Shown here piece after piece: positions 20,936-30,060 of a DNA stretch of 53,855 nt. How positions within the stretch are numbered: the stretch's first letter is position 1; every line of letters begins with the position of its first letter. The translations under genes were made by a program, and so were the position numbers. Location of the stretch: the sequence record SRR31156797_1505, one strand, 5' to 3'. The notes under the pieces are model-generated. The model worked only from the letters and a program-made list of their open reading frames with translations. It did no database searches and was not told the DNA's origin.

Positions 20936-22312
20936 ATGAGCTGGGATAGATATCCAAAACTACTGCTTATATTAAGCTTTTTAATGGCTTTGGCGTCATC
21001 TTTTATCGTTGTATCTAACCCGGGATACTTCAGTCATGACGAGCTTCACTTAATCGAACGCATCAAGTTTATGCCGTTTAATGAGATATTTATGTTCAGC
21101 TTCCAAGGTAGCGATTTTATGCGCCCTGTGGCTAGGAACATTGAGATTCTCATCCTAAGTTTTACATATACCACGCCGTACCTGTCACATTTTTTCAGTG
21201 TGCTGATTCATGCGGTGAATGCTTTAATTATATTTATGATACTTACTCGAGTCACAACAGATAGATATATACCGCCTCTGGCAGGTCTGTTGTTTATGAT
21301 TTCGCCACTGTCCGCCTTCTGTGTAAATTGGTACATGGGTATGGAAGACAGCATTTATGTCTTTTTTTCACTTCTATCTATTTTCTTTTACGTAATTTAT
21401 ACGTGCAATTACGGCTTCAAAGCTTGGCTATATATCTCTTTGAGTGGTTTATGTCTGGCTTGTTCTCTACTGTCAAAAGAGACAGGCATCATGACTGCGG
21501 GCTATATCTTTATTCTTGTTATATACCTTAGAAAATATAAAGATTTTAAATACTTAGCTGGCTTGTTTGTCATAGGCCTCGTGTCGCTAGGTTACCTGGT
21601 TATGCGATCGAAATTACTTGCTAGCCTTGGTGGAGCTTCTGGTGGCGGATACGGTTTCGTTTTTTCATTTGAAAACATGCTTAGCAACCTTACGACATAT
21701 TTCGCCTATCCTTTTTACTACCGCATAGTAGACTCGGCTGGTTTTACATTCCATCTTACAGATATTAAATATGCATCAATTGCAGGGCATGTAGTTATCC
21801 TCCTGCTCCTTCTTAGAAATAGCCTGAAAGGTTTTCTGGTATACATATTACTGTTTATCCTCACACTGCTTCCTGTACTTTTTATCTCTAAGAATGAAGG
21901 GCAGTACCTTTACGGGACTGGTGTGGTCTTCTCTGGAGCATTGGCTTATATAATGATAAATGCAGTTGATAGGAAAAGCTTAGTTTTATCTGCCTTAATG
22001 TTTATTATGGTTGGGGTATTGACGGCGCACACTTTCCTTATTGGCGGTTATTACCTGAAGACAGGTCAGGTGCAGAATAAGGTCGTATCAAAGATGACTG
22101 AGATCGCCACAACAGATTGTGCCAGAGAGAAAGAGGCTAGCTATAAGATATATGAAGCTCCTGGCTCATGGTCATGGGTTTTAAAGAGAGCTTTGCACGG
22201 AGTTACAAAGCTTTACGGTTGTGATAAATTGAATATAGAATATGTTACAACAGAAGATGGGGCTGATCTCATCTTTGATATAAACAACGAACTTAAAAGA
22301 GGAGTTAACTGA
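20936..22312 (+). CDS. Polytopic membrane protein, probable GT-C glycosyltransferase
   Basis: About 11 hydrophobic segments; first-loop YFSHDE, FMRPV, IHAVN and LLSKE motifs resemble polyprenyl-phosphate-sugar-dependent transferases. Confidence 0.62.
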   Translation: MSWDRYPKLLLILSFLMALASSFIVVSNPGYFSHDELHLIERIKFMPFNEIFMFSFQGSDFMRPVARNIEILILSFTYTTPYLSHFFSVLIHAVNALIIFMILTRVTTDRYIPPLAGLLFMISPLSAFCVNWYMGMEDSIYVFFSLLSIFFYVIYTCNYGFKAWLYISLSGLCLACSLLSKETGIMTAGYIFILVIYLRKYKDFKYLAGLFVIGLVSLGYLVMRSKLLASLGGASGGGYGFVFSFENMLSNLTTYFAYPFYYRIVDSAGFTFHLTDIKYASIAGHVVILLLLLRNSLKGFLVYILLFILTLLPVLFISKNEGQYLYGTGVVFSGALAYIMINAVDRKSLVLSALMFIMVGVLTAHTFLIGGYYLKTGQVQNKVVSKMTEIATTDCAREKEASYKIYEAPGSWSWVLKRALHGVTKLYGCDKLNIEYVTTEDGADLIFDINNELKRGVN

Positions 22313-22893
22313 TGAAAGGATACATCAGCAAGCAGATTACTGATTCTATAGATATTAAGAAGAAACTTATAAACGATGATTTCATCGCTTTAATACAAAA
22401 GGTTGCAGAGGAGTGCATTAAGTCACTCGATAATGGCGGTAAGATTTTGCTCGCTGGTAACGGTGGAAGTGCGGCAGATGCACAGCATATCGCAGGTGAG
22501 CTTGTAAGTAAATTTTATTTCGATCGCCCTGCCCTCGCTTCACAGGCGCTTACAACTGATACGTCAATTATGACTGCTATCGGCAACGACTACGGATATG
22601 AGAGGCTATTCGCCAGACAGATAGAAGGGAATGGGGTAGCCGGTGATGTGTTCATAGGGATCACAACAAGCGGTAATTCTCCTAACATCATCGAAGCTCT
22701 TAACACTTGTAAAGAGAAGGGGATAGTCACTGTAGGTCTTACAGGAGAGACAGGTGGTAAGATCGCTGATATGTGTGACTACTGCATCAAAATTCCATCG
22801 GGGGAAACTCCTAGGATTCAGGAAGCACATATCATGGTTGGGCATATACTTTGTGCTTGTATAGAAGAGCAGATATTTGGGAAGGGCTTCTGA
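22312..22893 (+). CDS. gmhA: Sedoheptulose-7-phosphate isomerase
   Basis: AGNGGSAADAQHIAGEL, TAIGNDYG, ITTSGNSPN, PRIQEAH. Confidence 0.96.
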   Translation: MKGYISKQITDSIDIKKKLINDDFIALIQKVAEECIKSLDNGGKILLAGNGGSAADAQHIAGELVSKFYFDRPALASQALTTDTSIMTAIGNDYGYERLFARQIEGNGVAGDVFIGITTSGNSPNIIEALNTCKEKGIVTVGLTGETGGKIADMCDYCIKIPSGETPRIQEAHIMVGHILCACIEEQIFGKGF

Positions 22894-23582
22894 TGGAAGC
22901 GATAATTCTCGCCGGTGGCTTCGGAACAAGGCTTCAGGGGGTTGTCTCTGATGTGCCTAAGCCGATGGCTCCGGTTAATGATAAACCTTTCCTGCAGTAT
23001 GTAATAAAAACTCTTGCTGGTTATGGCTACACTCATGTGATTTTATCTGTGGGCTACCTTAGCGAAAAAATCATAGAATATTTCGGTGAAGAGTTTGCCG
23101 GAGTAAAGATCAGCTATGCAAAAGAGGAAGAGCCTCTCGGTACTGGCGGAGGAATAAAGCTTGCCCTTGCAGAGGTCTCTGATGATGATGTACTTGTACT
23201 TAACGGCGATACATTCTTCGGTGTTGATTACAAAAAAGTTTTCGAAGATCATAAAAATCTTGGCTCAGATATCACACTCACTCTCAAGCCGATGGAAAAC
23301 TTTGACCGGTATGGTACTGTAAAGACAGACGGTCAGCGTGTTATATCTTTTGAAGAGAAGAAGTTTACCGAGTATGGTATGATAAACACTGGGAGCTATG
23401 TGATGAAGCGCTCCTTTCTGGACGGTTCACCTGATGGAAGATTCTCTTTCGAGGAATATATTAAGGAAGCAGTTGATAAGCAGTATGTTGCTGGACTTTC
23501 TTACGACGATGACTTTATAGATATAGGGATCCCTGAGGATTATAAAAAAGCTCAGCTTATACCGCAGCTTGGCTGTAAATGA
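22893..23582 (+). CDS. hddC: Heptose-1-phosphate guanylyltransferase
   Basis: ILAGGFGTRL, PKPMAPV, EPLGTGG, LNGDTFF, FIDIGIPEDY. ATG overlaps the gmhA stop (TGATG). Confidence 0.88.
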   Translation: MEAIILAGGFGTRLQGVVSDVPKPMAPVNDKPFLQYVIKTLAGYGYTHVILSVGYLSEKIIEYFGEEFAGVKISYAKEEEPLGTGGGIKLALAEVSDDDVLVLNGDTFFGVDYKKVFEDHKNLGSDITLTLKPMENFDRYGTVKTDGQRVISFEEKKFTEYGMINTGSYVMKRSFLDGSPDGRFSFEEYIKEAVDKQYVAGLSYDDDFIDIGIPEDYKKAQLIPQLGCK

Positions 23583-23597
23583 AACGGAAGGAAATTT

Positions 23598-24458
23598 GTG
23601 GGTTATATTAAACTAATTCGGATGCACCAATGGGTTAAAAATTTATTTGTTTTTGCTCCGATGTTTTTCTCTTTTGATATTACTGTTGAGAAGTCATTTT
23701 ATTCTCTGATTGCTTTTGGTTTATTCACTCTTATTGCTGTTAGTATATACATATTAAATGATTATATGGATATTGAAGCAGACAGAAATCATCCTACGAA
23801 AAAATTCAGGCCTCTTGCAAGCGGAGAAGCAAAAGTTAAACCAGCTCTTTTACTGATGGTTTTAACAGGTGTATGTGGACTTGCCTGCTCTTATATTATA
23901 AATAGATACGTTTTCTATACTTTACTTTTCTACTTTGTGATGAACATTCTGTATTCGATTAAGCTTAAGCACATTCCGGTTCTTGATGTTTTTATTATTT
24001 CTGTTGGCTTTGTGCTTAGAATTTTTTGTGGATCTTTTATGGTTGATACCGAGATATCTATGTGGATTGTTATGATGACTTTTCTTCTGGCGATATTTAT
24101 AGGTGTTGCAAAGCGCAGGGATGACGTAAAGTTAGCTCAGAATGGTATGCAGACCAGGAAGAGCATAGATGGATATAATCTTGAGTTTGTTAATGCGGCA
24201 ATGGTCTCGATGTCAGCTGTGCTGATAGTTATTTATATACTTTATACGATCTCAACAAATGTCATAAGCCGTATGGGGACAGAGCACCTTAGCTTCACCT
24301 CTGTATTTGTAATACTTGGTGTACTCCGCTATATGCAGCTTACATTTGTAGAGGAGGTGAGCGGTAGTCCCACTAAAATAGTGTTAAAAGATAGGTTTCT
24401 TCAGATAATTATTTTGCTCTGGTTAGGGTCTTTCTACACGATTGCGAAATATTTATAG
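23598..24458 (+). CDS. UbiA-family polyprenyl-phosphate phosphoribosyltransferase (Rv3806c/NoeC-like)
   Basis: RMHQWVKN, YILNDYMDIEADRNHPTKKFRPLASG, YSIKLKH, GFVLR, KRR. Confidence 0.9.
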   Translation: MGYIKLIRMHQWVKNLFVFAPMFFSFDITVEKSFYSLIAFGLFTLIAVSIYILNDYMDIEADRNHPTKKFRPLASGEAKVKPALLLMVLTGVCGLACSYIINRYVFYTLLFYFVMNILYSIKLKHIPVLDVFIISVGFVLRIFCGSFMVDTEISMWIVMMTFLLAIFIGVAKRRDDVKLAQNGMQTRKSIDGYNLEFVNAAMVSMSAVLIVIYILYTISTNVISRMGTEHLSFTSVFVILGVLRYMQLTFVEEVSGSPTKIVLKDRFLQIIILLWLGSFYTIAKYL

Positions 24459-24851
24459 ATGAAGAAAATAGCAATCTTCTACGTTATCTTTGCTGTCGCT
24501 GCCACAATTATAAATATCTTTACACAATACATTTCACTTCTGGCTTACAATGGTCGTTTTTCTCTTTATATAGCTATGGGAGCGGGCACTCTTTCCGGGC
24601 TTATCGTTAAATATATACTTGATAAAAAATACATCTTTTTCTATGAAACAAAATCTAAATCCGAAGATATGGTCAAATTTATGATTTATTCATTCATGGG
24701 TGTTTTTACTACGGTAATCTTTTGGGGCTCAGAGTTAGCATTCCACGCTTTCTGGGATAGTCCAGTTAGTAAATATGTCGGGGCTGTGACTGGTCTTTCC
24801 ATAGGATATGTTACAAAATACTGGCTTGATAAATTTTTTGTATTTAAATAA
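24459..24851 (+). CDS. GtrA-family polyprenyl-phosphate-sugar flippase
   Basis: 130 aa, four hydrophobic segments, internal repeat KYILDKKYIF / KYWLDKFFVF. Confidence 0.88.
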   Translation: MKKIAIFYVIFAVAATIINIFTQYISLLAYNGRFSLYIAMGAGTLSGLIVKYILDKKYIFFYETKSKSEDMVKFMIYSFMGVFTTVIFWGSELAFHAFWDSPVSKYVGAVTGLSIGYVTKYWLDKFFVFK

Positions 24852-24891
24852 ATAGAGTGTATACTCGTGGTAAGTAGATTAAGGTTAGGAT

Positions 24892-26190
24892 ATGAGATTG
24901 AAATCTTGGGGTAATTACCCTGATATAAAAAGCGTGTTGCATAAATTTAAAGATGGCGGGGAGCTTCAGGCTGTTCTTGCCGAAGAGAAGGTCTTTATTC
25001 CGTATGGAAACGGACGAAGCTATGGTGATTCTGCCATCGCTGAAAATCAGATATATTGTAAACCTAAAAACTTTTTCATCAGCTTTGATGATGCTGAAGG
25101 ACTTCTGCATGTACAGTGCGGAGTTTTGCTTAGTGAGATCCTCGACGGTTTTGTGCCTAAGGGCTGGTTTTTAAAGGTTACTCCTGGGACAAAGCTCATC
25201 ACTGTTGGCGGTGCTATCGCCAGTGATGTTCACGGTAAGAATCATCATGTTGAAGGATGTTTCAGTTCTTGCGTTAAAGAGTTTTCTCTTATGCTACCTG
25301 ATGGCTCAGTTGTAATATGCAGCAGTGATCAGAATAGAGAGCTTTTCCTCGCTACATGTGGCGGGATGGGGCTTACAGGTGTAATACTCGATGCGAAAAT
25401 ATACCTCAAAAAGATCAATTCGCAGTTCATTAATCAGGTAATGGTTAAGACTAAAAACCTGAGAGAGACTTTTGATGAATTCGAAAAACATAGTGGTTCT
25501 ACCTACTCTGTTGCTTGGATAGATTGTCTCGCAAAGGGCGATAATATTGGGAAATGCCTTTTGATGGCTGGGGATTTCGCTGATGATGGTGATCTTAGGT
25601 TCAAAGAGAAAAGTAAGAAAAATATACCATTTATGTTCCCTTCGTTCGCTCTTAATAATTGGAGCGTAAAGGCGTTCAACTGGCTTTATTACAAGAAAGC
25701 ACCTGACGGAACATCTAAGTCAAAGGTTGATATTGATACCTTCTTTTACCCGTTGGATGCTATGCGAAATTGGAATAGAATTTATGGTAAGGGCGGTTTT
25801 ACGCAGTATCAGTTCATTCTGCCGTTAGAAAACAGCTACGATGGACTAAAAGAGATTTTACAGGCTATTGCTGACAGTGGCAAAGGTTCGTTTCTTGCAG
25901 TTTTGAAGCTGTATGGTGAGGCGAATGAAAACTATCTTTCATTTCCGGTAAAGGGGTACAGTCTTGCCCTCGATTTCAAAATAGAGAAGGGGCTGTTCAA
26001 GTTGCTCGATGAGCTTGATGAGATAGTTCTGAAATATAATGGTCGCATATACCTTACAAAAGATGTTCGCGTTTCAAAAGAGACTTTTGAGGCGGGGTAC
26101 CCTATGATAGAGAAGTTTAGGGAGATCCGAGAGCAGTACGGGATGAATAAAAAGTTTAAATCACTACAGTCAGAAAGAGTGGGGATATAG
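24892..26190 (+). CDS. DprE1-like FAD oxidoreductase (polyprenyl-phosphoryl-ribose oxidase)
   Basis: GNGRSYGDSA, TPGTKLITVGGAIASDVHGKNHH, GGMGLTGVI, YSVAWID, WNRIYG..GFTQYQF, SFLAVLK, GRIYLTKD. Confidence 0.9.
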   Translation: MRLKSWGNYPDIKSVLHKFKDGGELQAVLAEEKVFIPYGNGRSYGDSAIAENQIYCKPKNFFISFDDAEGLLHVQCGVLLSEILDGFVPKGWFLKVTPGTKLITVGGAIASDVHGKNHHVEGCFSSCVKEFSLMLPDGSVVICSSDQNRELFLATCGGMGLTGVILDAKIYLKKINSQFINQVMVKTKNLRETFDEFEKHSGSTYSVAWIDCLAKGDNIGKCLLMAGDFADDGDLRFKEKSKKNIPFMFPSFALNNWSVKAFNWLYYKKAPDGTSKSKVDIDTFFYPLDAMRNWNRIYGKGGFTQYQFILPLENSYDGLKEILQAIADSGKGSFLAVLKLYGEANENYLSFPVKGYSLALDFKIEKGLFKLLDELDEIVLKYNGRIYLTKDVRVSKETFEAGYPMIEKFREIREQYGMNKKFKSLQSERVGI

Positions 26191-26192
26191 AT

Positions 26193-26924
26193 ATGTCTTA
26201 TGTGTTAATAGTTGGTGCTAAGAGTGATATCGCTTCGGCGACTGCGAGAGAATATGCAAAAGGCGGATACGATCTTTATCTCGCTGCTAGGAATGTTGAT
26301 GAGCTTGCAGAGCTAAAGACTGACATTGAAGTTAGAAGTAGCAGAAAAGTTAAACTTGTAGAGCTTGATGTTACAGATTTTGACTCTCATCAGTTATTTT
26401 ATGACGGACTAGAGGAAAAACCGCTCGGCGTTGTTTTTGTCGCTGGCTATATGAAAGAGCAACGTGAGTGTGAAAAAGATTTTGGTGAGACGTTGCAAAC
26501 TATAAATGTAAACTACACGGGCGCAGTAAGCCTGTTGAATATAATTGCAAATGATATGGAAGAGAGACGCTCGGGCTTTATCGTAGGTGTCAGCTCTGTT
26601 GCTGGTGATAGAGGGCGTAAAGCTAACTACATCTACGGAAGCTCAAAGGCAGCATTTACTGCATACCTTGGTGGGCTTAGGAATCGTATGCACGAATTTG
26701 GTGTAAAGGTTCTCACTGTCAAGCCGGGTTTTGTATATACTAAGATGACAGAGGGTATGGATCTTCCAGAGAAACTCACAGCAACACCAGAGCAGGTGGC
26801 TCAGGACATATATAATGCCCAGCAGAAGGGGAAAAATGTGCTTTACACAAAGTCGATATGGAAGCTTGTTATGTTTATCATAAAGCATATTCCTGAGTTT
26901 CAGTTTAAGAAAATGAGCATATGA
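26193..26924 (+). CDS. DprE2-like short-chain reductase
   Basis: GAKSDIA, SSVAGDRGRKANYIYGSSKA, VKPGFVYTKMT. Confidence 0.88.
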   Translation: MSYVLIVGAKSDIASATAREYAKGGYDLYLAARNVDELAELKTDIEVRSSRKVKLVELDVTDFDSHQLFYDGLEEKPLGVVFVAGYMKEQRECEKDFGETLQTINVNYTGAVSLLNIIANDMEERRSGFIVGVSSVAGDRGRKANYIYGSSKAAFTAYLGGLRNRMHEFGVKVLTVKPGFVYTKMTEGMDLPEKLTATPEQVAQDIYNAQQKGKNVLYTKSIWKLVMFIIKHIPEFQFKKMSI

Positions 26925-27511
26925 AGACACTAGCTCTTTTCGATTTCGATGGTACGATAACCAGAAAAGATTCGTTCATAGAGTTTCTGAAATTTTACGC
27001 AGGGGGCAGTGGCTTTCTGGTTGGCATGTTGAAAAATCTGCCTATTCTCATACTTTATAAGTTAAAGCTGGTGCCGAACTATAAAGCGAAAGAGGCAGTT
27101 CTTTCAACTTTTTTTAAGGATAAAACCTTAGAGGCAGTTGAGAAGGCTGGTGCTGAGTATACTCAGAGTAAACTTTCCTCAATCGTAAAAAAATCAGCAC
27201 TTGAGAGACTCAACTGGCATAAATCTGAGGGGCACAGAGTTGTTCTTGTTAGTGCATCTGTTGATATCTGGCTGAAAGAGTGGTGCAGCGAACAGGATAT
27301 AGAGCTTATATGTACGGTTATGCAAGTCGAAGCCGGTAAGCTGACAGGTAAGATAGAAGGTAAAAACTGCTATGGACAAGAGAAGGTAAACAGGGTGAAG
27401 GCGCACCTTGATATTAAAGAATATGCAGAGATATACGCTTACGGCGATAGCGGTGGAGATAGAGAGATGCTGGCGATAGCTCAGCACAGTTTTTATAGAT
27501 ATTTTAACTAA
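26921..27511 (+). CDS. HAD subfamily IB phosphatase
   Basis: FDFDGTIT, VSAS, NCYGQEK, YAYGDSGGDREML. Confidence 0.9.
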   Translation: MKTLALFDFDGTITRKDSFIEFLKFYAGGSGFLVGMLKNLPILILYKLKLVPNYKAKEAVLSTFFKDKTLEAVEKAGAEYTQSKLSSIVKKSALERLNWHKSEGHRVVLVSASVDIWLKEWCSEQDIELICTVMQVEAGKLTGKIEGKNCYGQEKVNRVKAHLDIKEYAEIYAYGDSGGDREMLAIAQHSFYRYFN

Positions 27512-27522
27512 AGAGTGATGCG

Positions 27523-28536
27523 ATGATCAACATAGTTCTTTGTGGCGGACCGGGTAAAAGACTTTGGCCGCTTTCTGCGGGCGGAACACCGAAACAGTTC
27601 ATTCAGATTGAAAACGAGGAATCCCTCTACATCAAAACAATTAAGCGTAATCAGTCGTTGTGTGAAAAGACAGTTATTATGACTGACCAGAAATACTCTG
27701 AGACAGCAGATGCGCAGATAATTAATGAAAATATTAATGCAGAGATCATACTGGAACCATCAGTAAAAGGTACAGCAGCTTCAGTCATGATTGCCTGCCT
27801 TATGTATCCGGGTGAGACATTTCTTGTCACGCCATCAGACCATGAGATAAGCGATGTGCATTCATATAATAAAGCTGTGAAGAGAGCTGAGGTTTTGGCT
27901 GAGAAAGGAGATATTGTCACCTTCGGTATTGAGCCTGAAAAGCCGGAAAACAGGTTTGGGTATATAGAAGCGGACGGTGAAGATGTTAAGAAGTTCCATG
28001 AGAAACCGGATCCTGACGAAGTTTTATGGTATATAGGAAAGGGGTATCTGGTTAGCTCGGGTATTATATGTTTTAAGGCTGATGTGATGCTACAGGAGTT
28101 CGCGAAGTTTCTCCCTGATCAGCTTATGATAGCAAGAACCGTTATTGAAAATATACGCTCAGGAAGAGTTACCCACAGGCTTTGCGGTCGTTTTATGGGC
28201 GAGATGAGGTTTGAAAATCTCGAATACGCTGTACTTGAAAAATCTGACAAGCTTAAGTGTGTGAAAGGTATTAAAGGTTGGCGTGACATAGGTACTTTTG
28301 ATTCGATATTTGATTACCGCTCATCAGCACCAGAAGGGAACCTGTCGTTTAACTTAGGTGATTCTTTCGGGATGGCAGATTTCGTTGATAGCAAAGGCTG
28401 TATGGTGATAAATCGTGAGAAAGATGTGCTTGTTTGTGGTCTCGATGATGTTGTAGTTGTTGAATCCGGTGGAAAGATTTTAGTTGCGAGAAAAGACACA
28501 GATATAAAGAAAGCACTTAAAAAAATAGATCAGTAG
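27523..28536 (+). CDS. Mannose-1-phosphate guanylyltransferase-like (ManC N-terminal domain only)
   Basis: LCGGPGKRLWPLS, PKQF, ILEP, PSDH, FGYI, FHEKP, WRDIG; no C-terminal cupin domain. Confidence 0.85.
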   Translation: MINIVLCGGPGKRLWPLSAGGTPKQFIQIENEESLYIKTIKRNQSLCEKTVIMTDQKYSETADAQIINENINAEIILEPSVKGTAASVMIACLMYPGETFLVTPSDHEISDVHSYNKAVKRAEVLAEKGDIVTFGIEPEKPENRFGYIEADGEDVKKFHEKPDPDEVLWYIGKGYLVSSGIICFKADVMLQEFAKFLPDQLMIARTVIENIRSGRVTHRLCGRFMGEMRFENLEYAVLEKSDKLKCVKGIKGWRDIGTFDSIFDYRSSAPEGNLSFNLGDSFGMADFVDSKGCMVINREKDVLVCGLDDVVVVESGGKILVARKDTDIKKALKKIDQ

Positions 28537-28543
28537 ACGCATC

Positions 28544-28572
28544 TTTCCAAACAGATGTTTTTAATGTAGAAT
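28544..28572 (+). promoter_or_regulatory. Candidate recA promoter with overlapping palindrome
   Basis: TTTCCA-N17-TAGAAT; AAAC-AGAT-GTTT at 28549-28560. Confidence 0.45.
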
Positions 28573-28607
28573 ATATTGGAAAATAAATTTTCTGACTCGG
28601 AGGAATC

Positions 28608-29627
28608 ATGGATCAGGACAAACAGAAAGCCTTAGAAATGGCTATGGGTAAGATAGAGAAAGATTTTGGCAAGGGCGCTGTTATGCGTCTTGGTGATAAA
28701 CCTGTTGAGAAGCTTCCGGTCATCCCTTCGGGTATCCTCTCCCTCGATATCGCACTCGGTGTTGGCGGTTTTCCTAGAGGTCGTATAATTGAGATCTATG
28801 GTGCTGAATCCTCTGGTAAGACAACTATAGCTCTCCACGCTATCGCAGAAGCTCAGAAGCTAGGCGGAGCGGCGGCTTTTGTTGACGCTGAGCACGCACT
28901 CGACCCTATATACGCTAAGTCTATCGGTGTTGACACTGATAACCTTATTGTTTCACAGCCTGACAGTGGTGAAGTTGCACTTGAAATTACAGAGACTCTT
29001 GTACGAAGCGGAGCTATCGACATAGTCGTTGTTGACTCTGTTGCGGCACTCACGCCAAGGGCAGAGATCGAAGGCGAAATGGGAGACTCACATATGGGAC
29101 TTCAGGCAAGGCTGATGTCTCAGGCACTTAGAAAACTTACAAGTATTGTAAATAAATCGAAAACTACTCTCGTTTTCATAAATCAGACAAGATCAAAAAT
29201 CGGCGTTGTTTACGGTAATCCGGAGACGACAACAGGTGGTAACGCACTTAAATTTTACGCTTCAATGAGGCTTGAGATCAGAAAGACTCAGGCACTTAAA
29301 GAGAAGGAAGAGGTTGTGGGTAATCACGGCGTTGCGAAAGTTGTTAAAAACAAAGTAGCTCCTCCTTTTAAAGTGGCAGAGTTTGATATCCTTTATGGTG
29401 TTGGTGTTTCCAGAGAGGGGCTCCTTATCGATATGGGCGTGGCGGCTGATTTCGTTCAGAAGGCTGGTGCATGGTTTAGCTATAATAATGCGAAACTAGG
29501 TCAGGGTAAAGAGAACTCCAGAACCTACCTTAAGGAAAACCCCGAAGTTGCTCAGGAGATCGAAGACAAGATCAGAGACAAGTTCGGCATGAACGAAACG
29601 GTTGAGTTACCAGCAGAAGAAGAGTAA
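28608..29627 (+). CDS. recA: Recombinase A
   Basis: [56 protein letters not shown]. Confidence 0.99.
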   Translation: MDQDKQKALEMAMGKIEKDFGKGAVMRLGDKPVEKLPVIPSGILSLDIALGVGGFPRGRIIEIYGAESSGKTTIALHAIAEAQKLGGAAAFVDAEHALDPIYAKSIGVDTDNLIVSQPDSGEVALEITETLVRSGAIDIVVVDSVAALTPRAEIEGEMGDSHMGLQARLMSQALRKLTSIVNKSKTTLVFINQTRSKIGVVYGNPETTTGGNALKFYASMRLEIRKTQALKEKEEVVGNHGVAKVVKNKVAPPFKVAEFDILYGVGVSREGLLIDMGVAADFVQKAGAWFSYNNAKLGQGKENSRTYLKENPEVAQEIEDKIRDKFGMNETVELPAEEE

Positions 29628-29631
29628 TATT

Positions 29632-29961
29632 ATGGAAATAGATTCCATACTGAGAAAAGCTGTGGAACTTGGTGTGTGAGATATCCACATCAAAGTGGGC
29701 CGTCCACCCGCTGTAAGGCTTCACGGTGATATAGAAACTCTAGAAAATTTCGATGTTGTGACGGCAGAGGATGGAATGCGCTCAGTCGCTTCCATCATGC
29801 CGTCCGCATTGACTTTTGAGTTCAAAGAGAGCGGGTCTAGCCTATGGGGTAAAGGACGTTGCAGAGTGAATGCATTCAAAAATCGCAGCACAGTCATGCG
29901 CATCATCCCGGATTTATCTTCAATTAACGATCTTAAATTAAAGCTACAGAGCTTTTCCTGA
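29632..29961 (+). pseudogene. pilT: Degenerate PilT/PilU-family ATPase, N-terminal remnant
   Basis: MEIDSILRKAVELGV*DIHIKVGRPPAVRLHG...GRCRVNAF...VMRIIP. In-frame TGA at 29677-29679; ends before Walker A. Confidence 0.82.
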
Positions 29962-30060
29962 TGAGCATTTGGTGGCGGGCATTATAATTAGGTTGATAGC
30001 TTGCGTAGCTAAGCTTTGTACATCCTGTTGGTCGTATAGTATATTTATCAATGATATCAG

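Noticed and set aside
29677..29679. In-frame TGA as selenocysteine or programmed readthrough
   Set aside because: The position corresponds to Ser rather than Cys, and the frame still ends before the ATPase domain, so pseudogenisation is the simpler reading
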